A stretch of 64,000 nt of DNA from Candidatus Woesearchaeota archaeon (lineage in GTDB: Archaea > Nanobdellota > Nanobdellia > Woesearchaeales > JABMPP01): contig JAGVYD010000009.1 of assembly GCA_018303405.1 (NCBI GenBank), forward strand, positions 64,856 through 128,855, given 5' to 3'. The position numbers and the translations under genes were made by a program. Below are positions 9,351-18,786 of the stretch, piece after piece. Below the pieces are notes generated by a model. The model worked only from the letters and a program-made list of their open reading frames with translations, searched no databases and was not told the DNA's origin. The first letter of the stretch is position 1. The number at the start of each line of letters is the position of its first letter.

Positions 9351-11930
9351 CTAATATATTTGCTGAAAACGCATATAATTGCCTGCATCTATAATTGTGC
9401 ACTCAGGAAGGCAGACTGTTATGGGCTTGGAGGCTGAATTTAGGAGGATTATGCTTTGAAGGTTTGTGGAAACAGACATGTTGACAGAAGCTTTTATAGA
9501 GAGTGTCACGGCTGTGGCGAAATCAGGATATTTTTCCTGGATTTCCGGGGAAACATTTATGCCAATGTTATTGTCTGATGCAGTGAGCTGTACGCCATCC
9601 AAAAAACCCAGCCAAAGATGCAATTGGTCAAGATTCATGAATTGAGCGCGATGGTCCTTTGCATATTCCACAAAAGAAACAAGGCTGGCAAAATCACCAG
9701 TTTCAAAGTTGAAATGCTGGAAAGCAAGCAAGACATAAGGCTTGACTGGCCAGCTTGCCTCATACTCAGAAATAAGCGCATCCGCATCCTTATTTTTCAT
9801 TGAAGCCCAGTCTTTAACCATGGAAATCCCCTGGTCATATCGCTTAAGACCGTATTCATCAGCAACAATTGGGTCACCGGGAACAGAACTGTAAATTATA
9901 TAACCAAGGCTGGCCAATGCCTTCAGTGTATTTTTATCCGATGATGAATATGGAGGGACAAAAGCCAAGGGGACAATCCCAAGCTTATCTTCGATAATAT
10001 TCCTGCCCTGCTCAATGTCATTCCACTGGGATGCGTAATCCCGGCCTGCAAATTCTGATCCCAGCCCATAGTCATGGTATGAGAAGCCATTTTGTGCTAT
10101 GGCAATATCGTGCGTTGAGATATAACTCCTAAGCAGGTCCAGAGACGAATTATTCAGCTCAAGCAAATCAGCAGGGATTATGCTCAAGGTCAATGGCGTG
10201 GAATTCAAGTCGTTCAGAATCCGGCTGAAGCTTTCTGCTTTCCAGATGTTGCCCTTGCCATCTTCCCTATAGACTCCTGCTGCATTGTCCATGCGCAAAA
10301 CTATTATGCTGTTTCCCCCATAGGGAATCCTGGAAAGGGTAACAGCGCGGTCAAGCAAATACTTGTCATTAAGAGAGGGAAGCGTCTCATCCTTGCTGAA
10401 AATATAGTATGGCCTTTCACCATCTGACAAAACAGCAATGAGATTAAACCTCTGCAATAGGATTTGCAGGAATTCATCATCTGTATTCTGGCAGTCAATA
10501 TCTTTCCGGAAACATGTTATACCCGCACTTATGTATACCAGGCCTCCTGCTTTTTGGTCTGTTGCAAATGCCTGATAATAGCCCTCCTGTGAGTAATAGT
10601 TTGGAACAAATAGGTAATCCAGGTATGCTGCAGGGACGGGAGTATTTGTTATGATTTTCGTGCCAAAGGGCAAATTGGCAAATGCCTTGTTGAGCCCTTT
10701 TTTGAAACCAGGGTTATAATTTGCAGAATCCATTACCAGCGGCACATTCAAAGCTGCGCCTGAAATTGCAGCAATGACAAAAATGGTCACCAAAAGTGGC
10801 ATGAATTTAGGAGGTGCGGGCAGGATTCGCTGATTTCTTGTAAAATGCAAGATAGCATAGGCTGAGAGTATTGCCACAAATGGGAGGAAAGATATCAAAA
10901 ATCTTGGCTGCTTGTTGCCAATATATGTGTAGTAAGAGAAAAATATGAGAAAGGAAGCCATGAGCGCCGTTTTATTGCTATCCTCCCAAAATTTTGCGCG
11001 CGCAAGGAGTATCAGGCCGGCAATTGATAACAGCAAGAGGAAATTCTGCCTTGCCATTTCAAAAAGATAGTACATAAGATTGGCATATATGCCATGTATT
11101 GCCTCAGCAGGGTTTTCCTGGTGCCATATGCCAAGAATCCATGGCCTGAAAAGCGCATGTGACACTTTTGCGGTTTCCCCATGATAGATTGCATAATTAA
11201 ATGCCATAAACATCATGACAGGGATGGCAAAGGCAATGAGCATTTTTAGGATGCTGACAAAAAGGGGGAAAAAGTGCGAATAAAATTTTCCCTCGCCTCC
11301 AACAGTATTTTTCCTATTTTTTTTGATTTGTGCCTTATAATTGCCGCGTGGGAGGCTGATGAGCGTGGCCGCCGCCATGGCAAGGCCGCACACTGCCAGA
11401 ACCAGCCCGCTGGGCCACCTGAAAAGAAAAGCAAGGGATGAGAATAAGCCCACAAGCCAGTATTTTTTCCCCAGCAGGAAATATATTGCCAGAATGCAAA
11501 ATGTGATTGAAGGTATGTCGGTCATTGGCTGGCTTGCCCAGAAAAAAAATGAAGAAGTCGTCATTACAAGCACAGATGACAAAAGACCAGTCTCCTTGTT
11601 GAAGACCCTTGACCCCAAAAGGAAGGTTGAATATGCGAACAAGATTGAAAAGGCTATGGCCAAAATCCTGGAAGCCAAGATAACATCAATGCCCAGCTTC
11701 CACAATGGCCCAATTAGAAGAGACAGCCCTATAGGCCGAATAATTTCCATGAAACCCAAATGCCCTGCGGAAAATAAAAACTTGGCAATGCCAATGTATA
11801 CAGCGCTGTCCCAGTAAATCCGGGGATACAAAACAAGCATGAGAATCTGCAAAAATAAGAATATTGCAATGAATACCCAAAACAAGCGCAATACCCCTGT
11901 CTTATCATCCTTCTTGCTTTTGGAAAGCAT
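9351..11930 (-). CDS. GT-C glycosyltransferase fused to a polysaccharide deacetylase-like (CE4/DUF2334) domain
   Basis: N-terminal YWDSAVY/RPIG/KQPRF polytopic domain; C-terminal VLRMDN, IAQNGFSYH, SEFAG, AFVPPY. Confidence 0.8.
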   Translation of the reverse strand: MLSKSKKDDKTGVLRLFWVFIAIFLFLQILMLVLYPRIYWDSAVYIGIAKFLFSAGHLGFMEIIRPIGLSLLIGPLWKLGIDVILASRILAIAFSILFAYSTFLLGSRVFNKETGLLSSVLVMTTSSFFFWASQPMTDIPSITFCILAIYFLLGKKYWLVGLFSSLAFLFRWPSGLVLAVCGLAMAAATLISLPRGNYKAQIKKNRKNTVGGEGKFYSHFFPLFVSILKMLIAFAIPVMMFMAFNYAIYHGETAKVSHALFRPWILGIWHQENPAEAIHGIYANLMYYLFEMARQNFLLLLSIAGLILLARAKFWEDSNKTALMASFLIFFSYYTYIGNKQPRFLISFLPFVAILSAYAILHFTRNQRILPAPPKFMPLLVTIFVIAAISGAALNVPLVMDSANYNPGFKKGLNKAFANLPFGTKIITNTPVPAAYLDYLFVPNYYSQEGYYQAFATDQKAGGLVYISAGITCFRKDIDCQNTDDEFLQILLQRFNLIAVLSDGERPYYIFSKDETLPSLNDKYLLDRAVTLSRIPYGGNSIIVLRMDNAAGVYREDGKGNIWKAESFSRILNDLNSTPLTLSIIPADLLELNNSSLDLLRSYISTHDIAIAQNGFSYHDYGLGSEFAGRDYASQWNDIEQGRNIIEDKLGIVPLAFVPPYSSSDKNTLKALASLGYIIYSSVPGDPIVADEYGLKRYDQGISMVKDWASMKNKDADALISEYEASWPVKPYVLLAFQHFNFETGDFASLVSFVEYAKDHRAQFMNLDQLHLWLGFLDGVQLTASDNNIGINVSPEIQEKYPDFATAVTLSIKASVNMSVSTNLQSIILLNSASKPITVCLPECTIIDAGNYMRFQQIY

Positions 11931-12050
11931 TGAATCTGCCTATTTGGCTGGCCATAAAAAGCTTTCTAGGGCAGGTGCAATGGTATGGCAGCTGCGAGAA
12001 CCCAACTTGTGCGGCTTATATGGCAAATATCGTATTGCATGCCTGAGCCA

Positions 12051-12752
12051 TCAATCGGCACATTCTGGCCTGGAATTACTGAAACTGGAGCAGATAATAT
12101 CCCCCAATTGCGCCCTGTTGTAGTATCCTTCATATTTCTGGTCTTCTATAACTATTGCAGGAAGGCTGTAAACCTGATAGCGCTTTCGCAGCAATTCTAT
12201 TACAGGCTCGTCTTTCTCGAGGTCAACATTGATTGGGAAAACCAGCAGGCTCTGCTCATAAATTTTTTTGTGGTATGTCAGCACCACACCAAGGTCTGAG
12301 CATTGCGGGCAATTCTCCTCAGAAAAGAAATACAGGACTGTGACTACATCCAGATTGCAGTTGCGCTTAGTTTCCCTGGCAAGAACCCAGTATTTCAGGT
12401 TGTCGAGAAGATATCTCCTCTTGATCAGTGTGAACTGGTTCTTCTGCAGCCTGCTTTCCTGCTCATATTGCGTGACCCTGTCAAGAGAGTAATCCAAATC
12501 TGATATTGCATCGTCAAGGCTGCCGTACAGAACAGAACAGCTTGCATTGTCATTCTGTATATATGTCAGATATATGGTCTGGAATTGAAGCCGCTTGTAA
12601 TCAAGGTCAAATTGCTCATTTGCCTGGCTGGACCAGCGCAGCCGCTGGTAATCCATGATTATTCCAAGTGCCACGCCGAGTGCAAATATAAGCAGGGTGA
12701 ATACCCCTGCTGCCATATATATTTTCTTGCTGAATTTGCGATTTGATGCCAT
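12051..12752 (-). CDS. Membrane-anchored protein with a C-terminal thioredoxin-like CxxC domain
   Basis: One N-terminal TM helix, helical stalk, LYFFSEENCPQC and cis-Pro-like SLP. Confidence 0.7.
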   Translation of the reverse strand: MASNRKFSKKIYMAAGVFTLLIFALGVALGIIMDYQRLRWSSQANEQFDLDYKRLQFQTIYLTYIQNDNASCSVLYGSLDDAISDLDYSLDRVTQYEQESRLQKNQFTLIKRRYLLDNLKYWVLARETKRNCNLDVVTVLYFFSEENCPQCSDLGVVLTYHKKIYEQSLLVFPINVDLEKDEPVIELLRKRYQVYSLPAIVIEDQKYEGYYNRAQLGDIICSSFSNSRPECAD

Positions 12753-12756
12753 GCTG

Positions 12757-14034
12757 CTACCACTTTTGCCTTTTGCCTATTATGACCTCCAGTATTACAA
12801 TCAAGGTTATAAAGCTGAGCATGATATAATAGAGGAAAAAGTAATACAGGATCTGGAAGACGCTCGCTTTTCTCACTTTTTCCTTGGCATTGCGATGAGC
12901 CAAAACCACAGTTGCGAATGTAATTAAAAAAAGGGACACGAAAATGAAAACGTTAGAAATGTCAATGTCCAGCACCGTAAACTTGAAGGTGAAGAAATCT
13001 TCAAGGTATGGAAGCAAGTCAAAGCGAATAAGCCATGTGTTCCAAAGCTGCTTGATTATTGGATAAAGGAAAAAGTATGAGAATAACGTCAGCCCTGCAA
13101 TCGCCAGGAAAAAATTGAAGACATTCACGGACATCTGCATAATGCCAAAATCACCGTAATTCTTATTCAGGAAAAGGTTGCGATATTTATAGGCGTTGAG
13201 AAGGCCCCCCTTATACCACCTGTTTCTCTGTTTGTACAGTTCCCTGGTATTTTCCGGCGCAATGGTGTAGACATTCGCATCAAAGCACTGCTTGATCTTG
13301 TAATTGTGCTTTTGCACCCGGTATGCGATTTCCATGTCCTCTGTGAGGTTTGATTCGCTGAAGCCCCCCAGCTTTTTGATGATGGATGTCCTATAGAGTG
13401 AAAACGGCCCCGGTGCCACGTAAAGGCAGTCCAGCTGGCTCATCAGGCGGGCCACAAAAATAACAGAAATGTATTCTATTCTCTGAAGCTTCTGGAAAAA
13501 TTTCTTTGGCTTCTTTACTTTCATTGCAGGGGTAACAATGGCGAGCCTGGAACCGCCTTTTTCAAAGGTATGGACCATTTTTTTAAGGGTGTCGGGCTCT
13601 ACTGTGGAATCTGCATCAAGGCAGACAAATAATTTTGTATGAAGCCTTTGCAGGGCTATGTTCAGGGAATTGGCTTTTCCGCTGTTGGCTTTGCTGATGA
13701 GAGTAAGGCGATTGCCAGTTTTCTCAGCCCGCATGAATTTTTTCACTTTTTGGGCTGTTTTGTCTTTGCTGCCATCATTTATCACAATGACCTGCAGCTT
13801 CTCTGGAGGGTATTCAAGCCTAAAAATGGATTCAAGACAGCTGTAAATGTGATGCTCTTCATTATAAGCAGGGATGACCACTGTTACCGTGGGAAAATCC
13901 AGTAATGCCCTGTCCCCATCCTCTTCTTCCTTAAAGGCCATTTCCCTGGAAATGAAGACCATAAGCCAGAATATAGTGATGTATAGGCCGACAATATATG
14001 CTCCCCATATTATTAGCGTTGTTCCGAAATCCAT
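12757..14034 (-). CDS. Processive GT2 glycosyltransferase (PgaC/IcaA-like)
   Basis: IPAYNEE, NDGSKD, GKANSLN, DADS, LTED, QRNRW plus flanking TM helices. Confidence 0.9.
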   Translation of the reverse strand: MDFGTTLIIWGAYIVGLYITIFWLMVFISREMAFKEEEDGDRALLDFPTVTVVIPAYNEEHHIYSCLESIFRLEYPPEKLQVIVINDGSKDKTAQKVKKFMRAEKTGNRLTLISKANSGKANSLNIALQRLHTKLFVCLDADSTVEPDTLKKMVHTFEKGGSRLAIVTPAMKVKKPKKFFQKLQRIEYISVIFVARLMSQLDCLYVAPGPFSLYRTSIIKKLGGFSESNLTEDMEIAYRVQKHNYKIKQCFDANVYTIAPENTRELYKQRNRWYKGGLLNAYKYRNLFLNKNYGDFGIMQMSVNVFNFFLAIAGLTLFSYFFLYPIIKQLWNTWLIRFDLLPYLEDFFTFKFTVLDIDISNVFIFVSLFLITFATVVLAHRNAKEKVRKASVFQILYYFFLYYIMLSFITLIVILEVIIGKRQKW

Positions 14035-14085
14035 TTTAACCCTGATTCCCCGATGTTGCCTGAAAACGTGGTGGCGGGATGCACA

Positions 14086-15621
14086 TTACCCAAATGAAAT
14101 TACTTCCCAGATTTCCATGTTATCCTGGTCATATATATTCTTAAAAGTTTCGTTGTTTTTCAGCAGCAAAAGCATGCCCTGGTCAGGCCTCTTCCAGACC
14201 AGACCTTCCTTCATTTTCTCGTCTATAAATATGTACCTAATATTATTCTGGGACAACAATGAAACCACTGTTTTGAGGTCCCTGGACTGGAAGATTTCTT
14301 CAGAGATTTCATAGCGGCCATTTGGATTTGGCGCAAATTCGAATTTGGAATCCATGAAAGAAGGCATGCCTGTGAAATATTCAATCCAGACCCCATTGGA
14401 ATAGTGGCTGAGCATTGTGCCCTCGGCAAGGCCGATGGAATACCTATTCTGGCCCAGCCAGCTAAGGGCGGCCACAGTTTTGACTGATGGCTCTGCTTTG
14501 GAAATCGTTGCCACGTTGTTTATGGCACTGAAAAGTATTCCACATACCAAGACAAGCAATGTCATTTTTTTCAAGAGCTTGATTTCCCATCGTGATTTTA
14601 TCAGGTGAAAAAAAGCCAACACCGACAAGGCGCATATGGCTATATTTGCATATAAAACAAAGTCCTTATTTAGCAGAACCAACAGGCTCAGGACAGCTAT
14701 GATGGTGTATACAGGCCAAAATCTCTCCTTTTTGGGCCATGTGATAAAAATGGATTGCACAGAGAGTATTATGACAAATATTGAGATGCCCGCTGCAGAG
14801 CCTATGCCTGCAAAAAACGATGAGACGAAGCTTGTTTGGGCAAATCCAGGAGCTTCTGATGTCAGAGTGAGATTGAGAAGAATCAGGTATACAGCTGACA
14901 ACAGGGTTACTGGTATAAAAACTGCGAGATAGCGCTTTATTTTTCTGAAAGAAATGGAATAGGCCAGCAGAATCAGGATGGCTGATGCAGCATGCGCCAC
15001 GCCAAACAGTGGCATGACAAGGAATATGATTGTTGACAGGCTTGCAATGAACAGGTTTTCAGAGATGAAGAGGTAAGAACCCAGCAAGAAAAGGAAAATT
15101 GCAAACCCTGCAGATTTGGATTTTGAAAAAGTATCAATATAAAGGGGAGAGCAGATAAATATCACCACAGCCAAAAAGCTGTGCTTGGGATTCACATTGA
15201 GGCTTTTTAGAATCATAAATAGCAAAAGTACTGAGAAAATCCCCAGCATGAAGGGAAGTGTTCTGGAGGCTGATTCTATTCCCACCAGTCTTGACAAGCT
15301 GGAAAGCGCTATCGGGTAAGGGTCAAACACATAAGGCCTTCCGCCGTAACTGAGCGGGTCATAGGTAATTATCTGGTTGTCCTTTGAATATGCCTGAGCA
15401 ATTCTGGCATTGTAGTAGGAGTGTTCGCCAGGCAAGTAAGGATTGCCATCAATATGCCTGAGAATAATCGGGAGGGACAATATTATTGCAGCTGCCAGAA
15501 GGGCAAAAATAAGCGCATATATCCAGCTGAACCTAAAATTGCTAATCCTGAATATCAAAAACTTTTTGCCGGCAGGAAGGCTTTTCTTGCCCCCTGATTT
15601 GCTTATGGTAATCTTTGCCAT
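14086..15621 (-). CDS. STT3/AglB-like polytopic membrane protein
   Basis: Multi-TM N-domain, ALSWL..TMLSHYSNGVWI, C-terminal LLSQNNIRYIFID. Confidence 0.6.
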   Translation of the reverse strand: MAKITISKSGGKKSLPAGKKFLIFRISNFRFSWIYALIFALLAAAIILSLPIILRHIDGNPYLPGEHSYYNARIAQAYSKDNQIITYDPLSYGGRPYVFDPYPIALSSLSRLVGIESASRTLPFMLGIFSVLLLFMILKSLNVNPKHSFLAVVIFICSPLYIDTFSKSKSAGFAIFLFLLGSYLFISENLFIASLSTIIFLVMPLFGVAHAASAILILLAYSISFRKIKRYLAVFIPVTLLSAVYLILLNLTLTSEAPGFAQTSFVSSFFAGIGSAAGISIFVIILSVQSIFITWPKKERFWPVYTIIAVLSLLVLLNKDFVLYANIAICALSVLAFFHLIKSRWEIKLLKKMTLLVLVCGILFSAINNVATISKAEPSVKTVAALSWLGQNRYSIGLAEGTMLSHYSNGVWIEYFTGMPSFMDSKFEFAPNPNGRYEISEEIFQSRDLKTVVSLLSQNNIRYIFIDEKMKEGLVWKRPDQGMLLLLKNNETFKNIYDQDNMEIWEVISFG

Positions 15622-15630
15622 TCTTTCCCC

Positions 15631-17130
15631 TTAATTTTGATTTACAATGCAGCTTGACTTGTATATCATGATATTGTCCGAATCATATACCTTGGTTATG
15701 CATTTTCCGTCCTCGTAAGCAAGACTGTCAACGTCAAGCGCCCTTCTGGTCCTTGGGCTCAGATAAATGTAATTGACACCATATTTGTTCAGCAATAAAA
15801 CAGCGTTTGTCAGGAATCGGCCTTTATAGAGCGTGTTGATATCTTCAAGCCTTTGGCCCAAATCACCTATGAGTATAAAATTTGTGTCTGCAATAGTCTT
15901 CCTGCCTGCCATATAAGCAATGATATGCCCCTCTTCAGGTGATGCCAGGATTGTGCTGGATTCAGGGGTATTTTCCCTCAGCCATGCCAAGGCTTCGACT
16001 TCAGCCGCAGTTGGCATGTTCATATTCTTGTTGTCATCTGCTGCCTCTATAGATGGCACCAGCGATGTGATGATGACAACGGCATAAAGCCCGATTACCA
16101 TATAAGGCCAGTAATGCGCTAATTTGGTCTTTTGTATGTAATAAAAAAACTTGACATAGAACTGGCTGAACAGCACAGCCAACACCGCCCCAAGAAAAAT
16201 AAACCCTATTGTGAGGCTGATCAGTTTCAGCCATAATATGATGGCTATGGAAACCGCAAATGCAACAAGTATGTACAGGTTCTTATTCTTCTGTCCGTAA
16301 AGCCCCTTGTATATGATGTAAATGCCGAACAGGAAAGGCAGCACGCCTATCATCAGGATTGCCTGAAAAAAATCAATGCCTACAAAATTCTGGCGGTAAA
16401 GGATAGGTGGAAGGTTTTGCCAGATAACAGAGTACCCGTGAATCAGGATTGCTTTCTTGTAAATCATGAGATTGGCCCAGAGCCATAAAAAAGCCGAAAA
16501 TATGGCCAGCTCAATTTCTTTTTGCGAAATTTTGATCTTCTCGAGCTTGCAGATCAACAGGTAAAAGTAGATTGCCATTATCAGTACAATTGATATTGGA
16601 TGGGCAAGGACAAGAATGGCAAAGAAAATTATGTAGGATGTGACATATTTGCTGTTTTGCTGGATTTTCATAAAACAATACATCAAAAAGAACAGCAACG
16701 GGACCACGAATGACATCACTGAGGCAGAGACTATTGTTTCAGCAAAAAATATCGGGATAAACCCTGACAGCAGGGCTGAAAAAAGAGAGGCATTCGAATT
16801 CTTGGTCAATTCCCTGCTGACGAGGAAGACAACTATGGTCAGAAGGCTTGCGAGCAGATTAGGCAAAATTTTTGCCACAAGGTCAGGTGCCAGCAAATAG
16901 CTTCCCCCTGCCAGCAAGTAGTGAAAAGAGGGCAAAAATGTGAAAAACCTGCCACCGTAGCTGAGCTCGTCGTTGTATGCCGGAATGCCTGTTTCCCTTA
17001 TAATGCCCGCCTGGCGAAGATTGAAATATGCATCATAGTCAAGGTATTCGTCTCCGAACGCGATATATAGCCTTATGGAGAAAACTAATGCAAATATCAG
17101 TCCAAGCGCTAAATATTCCTTCTTTATCAT
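15631..17130 (-). CDS. STT3/AglB-like polytopic membrane protein (paralog of 14086-15621)
   Basis: DYDAYFNLR, YNDELSYGGR (shared with the neighbour), ALAWLRENTP..ILASPEEGHIIAY.A.RKTIAD, LNKYGVNYIY. Confidence 0.65.
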   Translation of the reverse strand: MIKKEYLALGLIFALVFSIRLYIAFGDEYLDYDAYFNLRQAGIIRETGIPAYNDELSYGGRFFTFLPSFHYLLAGGSYLLAPDLVAKILPNLLASLLTIVVFLVSRELTKNSNASLFSALLSGFIPIFFAETIVSASVMSFVVPLLFFLMYCFMKIQQNSKYVTSYIIFFAILVLAHPISIVLIMAIYFYLLICKLEKIKISQKEIELAIFSAFLWLWANLMIYKKAILIHGYSVIWQNLPPILYRQNFVGIDFFQAILMIGVLPFLFGIYIIYKGLYGQKNKNLYILVAFAVSIAIILWLKLISLTIGFIFLGAVLAVLFSQFYVKFFYYIQKTKLAHYWPYMVIGLYAVVIITSLVPSIEAADDNKNMNMPTAAEVEALAWLRENTPESSTILASPEEGHIIAYMAGRKTIADTNFILIGDLGQRLEDINTLYKGRFLTNAVLLLNKYGVNYIYLSPRTRRALDVDSLAYEDGKCITKVYDSDNIMIYKSSCIVNQN

Positions 17131-17183
17131 CGGATAGTAAAAAATATGAAGGTATAAAAAGGTTTATGTAAGAGTAAGCATAC

Positions 17184-17915
17184 ATGGGCACTTGGGCTGC
17201 AAGTGCCTTGATGGTGCCGGTTCAGGGTATTAGGCTGGATGCAATGACGGGAAAGCAAGAAGTTGGAGGGATACTGCAAAAATTATCACCTGGAATCAGG
17301 GGAGTCATAACTATCTATGGCGAAGGAGGATCTGGCAAGACCATGATTTGCCTTGAAGCCTGCATCAATGTCGCCCTGCAGGGAAAAAAGATAATTTATG
17401 TGGACCCCCAGAACAATTTTTCTGCAGAAAGGATTAAGCAAATAGCCCCCGATGGAAAGGCAAGGGATATCCTTTCAAAGATTATTATTGTAACACCGGA
17501 GGGCTTTGAAGACCAGGAAAAATTATTTGACAGGCTCAGAAAAGGCATCAGGGAAGGCGTTGGCCTGCTTGTTGTGGATCCAATCTCTGTTTTCTACAGG
17601 CTGGAATTCGCCAAGAAGGACAAAAAAGCCTATTTGATCAATCGCAATCTCGGGGTCCAGCTTAGCTACCTGAATGACATTTCGCGAAAATCCAACATTC
17701 CTGTATTCATTACAGCCCAGGTGCAGGCAAGCCCTGAGACCAAGCAGGAAGCCTCCATCGTAGGTGGGTCAGTGATAGACCATATGAGCGGATATGTTAT
17801 AGAAATCAGGCGCATTGACAACAAGAGAAGGCAGGTTGTCCTGAAAAAGCCCAAGGGAACAGGCAGGAAAGAAGTTGCTTTCGAGATTCTTGAAAAAGGC
17901 ATTTCCATTTTGTGA
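17184..17915 (+). CDS. radB: DNA repair protein RadB
   Basis: Short RecA fold lacking the RadA N-domain: IYGEGGSGKT, FSAERIKQI, LLVVDPIS, IVGG. True start may be downstream. Confidence 0.85.
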   Translation: MGTWAASALMVPVQGIRLDAMTGKQEVGGILQKLSPGIRGVITIYGEGGSGKTMICLEACINVALQGKKIIYVDPQNNFSAERIKQIAPDGKARDILSKIIIVTPEGFEDQEKLFDRLRKGIREGVGLLVVDPISVFYRLEFAKKDKKAYLINRNLGVQLSYLNDISRKSNIPVFITAQVQASPETKQEASIVGGSVIDHMSGYVIEIRRIDNKRRQVVLKKPKGTGRKEVAFEILEKGISIL

Positions 17916-17985
17916 GACGAAATTAAAGGGGCCAAATGCAGGATAGTTAGAAAAATAAAAAAATAATGAATGCCAAAAGGAAAAA

Positions 17986-18579
17986 TTATTCCTCCATCCA
18001 CTGGTCAATCTTCAGCTCCTCATCTGAGATTGGCGTGCCCCTTCTTTTAAGGTATTCCCTTGTAAGGATGTAGAAAAGCAATCCCAGGCTCTTCTTGCCC
18101 TTGTTGTTGCACGGCACCACAAGGTCTATTCCATTTGCCTGGTTGTTTGTGTCGCACAAGGCAATTACGGGTATGCCAACCTTCAGCGCGTCATTGATTG
18201 CGTTCCTGTCAGGCCATGCATCAGTTGCCAGTATGATTTTAGCTTCTGTAAAAATCTCGAGCTGTGGATTCGTGAGTATTCCTGGAGGGTATCTGCCGGC
18301 AAAAACCCTGGCACCCGTGTACTTTCCAAAAAGCCTGACCGCGTCCCAGCCGTTTTCCCTCCTGCTGACAACAACTATATCCTCGGGCGCGTAATTGGCC
18401 AGCATGTTGGCCGCAAGCTTGAGCCTTTCATCTATCTTCTGGAGGTTCAGGACGCAAAGCCCGTCCGACCGTATCTTGTAGATAAACTGCTCCATGTATT
18501 TTGTCTGGAACCTTGTGCCGATGTGTATGCCTGACTTCAAATATATTTTAGTCGGCAACAAAAATTGCTCTTCTGCCAT
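17986..18579 (-). CDS. rps2: 30S ribosomal protein S2 (uS2, archaeal type)
   Basis: YLKSGIHIG, GRYPPGILTNP, IPVIALCDTNN, VPCNNKG. Confidence 0.97.
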   Translation of the reverse strand: MAEEQFLLPTKIYLKSGIHIGTRFQTKYMEQFIYKIRSDGLCVLNLQKIDERLKLAANMLANYAPEDIVVVSRRENGWDAVRLFGKYTGARVFAGRYPPGILTNPQLEIFTEAKIILATDAWPDRNAINDALKVGIPVIALCDTNNQANGIDLVVPCNNKGKKSLGLLFYILTREYLKRRGTPISDEELKIDQWMEE

Positions 18580-18750
18580 TTTAATCCTCCATTCTGATTT
18601 TTACGTTCTTCATATAGTGTTGATTGTGCTGTAACATTGAAGAAATTCATGTTACTGCATTTTATCGCCTTGCAGTGCGCCCTGAGTCCCTTTCGGCCAA
18701 CCTCATGGCTAGGCAATGCCATTTAGGAGAAGAGGGGGGTTTAAAAAGGT
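18580..18750 (-). promoter_or_regulatory. uS2 promoter and structured 5' leader
   Basis: Minus-strand AAACCTTTTTAAA TATA near 18740-18750; two hairpins in the leader; GGAGG RBS. Confidence 0.5.
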
Positions 18751-18786
18751 TTTGACAGGACGGGCCAGGTTTCATGCAAGGCGGCC

